DNA from: Callorhinchus milii | Taxonomy: Eukaryota | Direction of reading: 5' to 3' | Length of the DNA: 37,296 nt | Assembly: GCF_018977255.1 (NCBI RefSeq) | Contig: NW_024705522.1 | Span: 1-37,296 of the forward strand | Shown: piece after piece, positions 34,708 to 37,296 of the stretch | Layout: each line of letters starts with the position of its first letter | Position numbering within the stretch: the stretch's first letter is position 1 | Made by a program: the position numbers and the translations under genes | The notes under the pieces: model-generated | Told to the model about the DNA's origin: nothing | What the model saw: the letters and a program-made list of their open reading frames with translations, nothing else | The model's database searches: none

Positions 34708-34880
34708 CGGGATGATGGCAGAGTGGTTAGAGCACTGTGATAGAAACCTGGATACCTGAGTTTGAAACCTGACCATGGCTAACATCAGTGATGAGTAATA
34801 TCTGAACTGAGCCCCCCCCCCCGCTTCACCAACCTGAATTGGCAGAGCGTGGTGAAGTATGGTCAAACAACTCCCATAAC
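34708..34880 (+). mobile_element. tRNA-derived SINE (related pieces at ~1720-1875, 18255-18380, 18960-19145, 20250-20360, 24965-25110)
   Basis: A-box tggcagagtggttaga, B-box-like gagtttgaaacc, and a shared body ggctaacatcagt...tatctga and gcgtggtgaagtatggtcaaacaac. Confidence 0.6.
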
Positions 34881-35797
34881 CGGCATGTCAAAGAGAGGCC
34901 GGTTTTTGGCCTGTGGATTGGCAAAGGGATGCCATGTTGTTATGTTTTATCCACTGAACTTAACCCGACCAAAAACCTTAACCTTGATCTCAAAGCCTCC
35001 TCCCACACTAACTACAAACTGTAATCCTTTCATAATGCCTGCTGTAGACTAAATCCAATGATAACCCTACTTCGAACCATAAGCTTACCAACAACCCTAA
35101 TAATAACTAACCCCATTATCCCCCAATCAAACTCTTACACCTATCTCTATTCTTAGCACTTAATACAACCCCAATTGGTTTCTGATTGTCAGTCACTGAA
35201 TGTCAGAGTCCAAATCCTCAGTCTTAAAACAGATTTCCATAAGTAAGTAGAAGAAATACGAGGATTAACTTAACATATTCAATTTTAAATTGTCGCTTTG
35301 GATTTGAATAATGGCGTTGTTTATCTTACAGCCACAATTGTGTGCTGTGATATGTGCTTCGCTTTAAGAATAATATTCTGGTCATCACGGCCTGTTACTG
35401 GATGGAATACATGAGGCGTAGCCGATTTAGACTCCAAATTCATTAAATGCATCCTAAATAAATGTATTTCAACAAAGTAAACAAAATGTAAAACTGTGTT
35501 TCCAGTTCGCACACAGGATTGCGTTCATTGGAAGGATGTAAAACATAATCCTTGCTATATCGATTTTACAAACAACTCTCATTCAAATAAACACCATTTG
35601 AGAATATTTTAATTTAACAAAAAAAATCAGAATTGCAAACTTGATAACAAATAACTTGCTTTGGATGGCCAGTTTCTTTCAAATTTCAGCACAACGACAC
35701 ACGCACAGCAGAAATGCCAGCAAGTATCAGAATATGTATTTATACTGGAGGAGGAATCCGATGAGTTACAAAGCTCTTTTTCACAAATGTCCAGTAG

Positions 35798-36042
35798 AAG
35801 GGAAGTAATAAAATAATAAAAATAAAACATAATAAAACAATTCTCACGACGTTTCGGCCACAACGCAAGTAGCCTCGACAGACCTGGTTTTCACTTGAGG
35901 ACGACTACTTGCGTTGTGGCCGAAACGTTGTGAGAATTGTTTTATTATGTTTTATTTTTATTATTTTATTCCTTCCCTTCTACGTGACTTTACCGAAAGA
36001 ACCAAGAAGATGAATCCCTGCAGTCACGAAAGCTTTAAATCG
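35798..36042 (+). mobile_element. Penelope-related palindromic hammerhead mini-element (same subfamily as 8014-8300)
   Basis: Inverted arms ~35794-35872 / 35905-35983, degenerate hammerhead at 35891-35933, and the complete terminus gtcacgaaagctttaaatcg. 13-bp TSD aaatgtccagtag at 35785-35797 and 36043-36055. Confidence 0.88.
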
Positions 36043-37296
36043 AAATGTCCAGTAGTTCAAAAAGTCCAGTACAGGAACCGTAATGCCATTATATCGACCG
36101 TAAAGACGGCGGCGATGTGTCAGTGTCACTGTGAAATGCTGCTGCTGCTGCCCTGTGACACACAACACACACACAACAGGCCGCAGCATGCGCTCTGGAC
36201 AACATTTCCACGCGGATTCATCGCCAGATACTTGCACCGGGCTAAGCCCATTTATGGAGCACTGTGCCGTATTGTATTCTGAAAATGGTAGTAGGGTGGC
36301 TTCATGGGGTCAAAGTACGGGGCTGACAACCTGGCGTCGATCCGTGTTTTTCAGCAGCCCGGTGATTAAAATGGGTTCTCAGATTTGGTGAATTGATGGG
36401 CTTGACCTTGTCACCGATGACTGCATAAAAATGAATAATGTTCGATTTGTATTGCACTTAATTTGGATAATGCAGGCTTTTGAGAATTAAAGAATCCGGT
36501 TTGATTGCAATGCAATGAACACGTAGTAGGGGTGGAATGATACATGCATTGCTTAATACAGCATCTATTTTTAAGCTCATAATATTTCATGTCGATTCTT
36601 TAAGCTCTCAGCACATGTGCAAGAAGCAATGTGTTGATGTGTGGAAAGTTTGTTTACATCGCCACCACTTCCCATGAAATAAAAAAAAATTAAGTAAAAA
36701 GTGTCTCTACTTTCATTTATTTTACTCACATTTCTTCTGCTATTCGTTGCGTACGGTGGCAATTTTACTTTGCTCTGTCGGTGTTAGCCGCTGAGGTGTG
36801 ACGGGTTTACCGCTTTTCATTCCCGTTGCTGTATGTCCCTGTACGCTGTTCCCGTTCTGCCATAATGTGCACTGATGCCTACTTTATTGTCGGTGATATT
36901 GACACGTAAAATATTGATTGATTGCAAGCAATAATGGAGCTACTATTTACTGCAACGATATATTACGAAAAAAAACCTTCGATCGAATCATGACTTGAAT
37001 CGCAATCACAGGGGGAGGGGGGGGATGAATCATTCTACCCACAACGGGGACTCTCCGCGTGGCATGCAAAACTATCCAGTGTGTTTGAACTAGTGATATC
37101 GCCACGCGTCACGAGATGGCATGATGACGGTCCCACATGTTCACAGCTGGATTATGCTGCAATTGATGTTGATCGCGTGAAACGAGGAGAATATGCAATG
37201 TATATGCGTGGATTCTGTACAGCACTTTCCAACAAGCGTTCGTCCTCGGAAAATTTCAATTTGTGGTAATAACGGTCGCCTAGGAAGGATCGATAA

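Overview
Eukaryotic, repeat-dense intronic DNA. The GC-rich exons, V-SINE-like and tRNA SINEs, and RTE, Vingi and L2-group LINEs suggest a vertebrate, possibly a lamprey (inference only). Three phase-compatible exons of a Tudor-domain gene most like RNF17/TDRD4 lie on the + strand (3521-3636, 9440-9554, 11118-11223). The introns hold a near-intact Penelope-like retroelement (RT + GIY-YIG, 4008-7119) and at least six short non-coding relatives of it. These carry minimal hammerhead-ribozyme motifs and a conserved 3' terminal stem; most are built as head-to-head palindromes and most have 11-13 bp target-site duplications. One contains a 615-nt head-to-tail unit, resembling a retrozyme. A decayed L2/CR1-group LINE on the - strand has a 2A-like motif. 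Directly at its 5' end is an intronless chimera of AKT, OSBP and C2H2 zinc-finger gene pieces. The remainder is RTE and Vingi LINE remnants, Helitron pieces, hAT and Tc1/mariner MITEs, SINEs, 5S rRNA-derived copies and tandem repeats. All family assignments come from motif recognition, not database searches.
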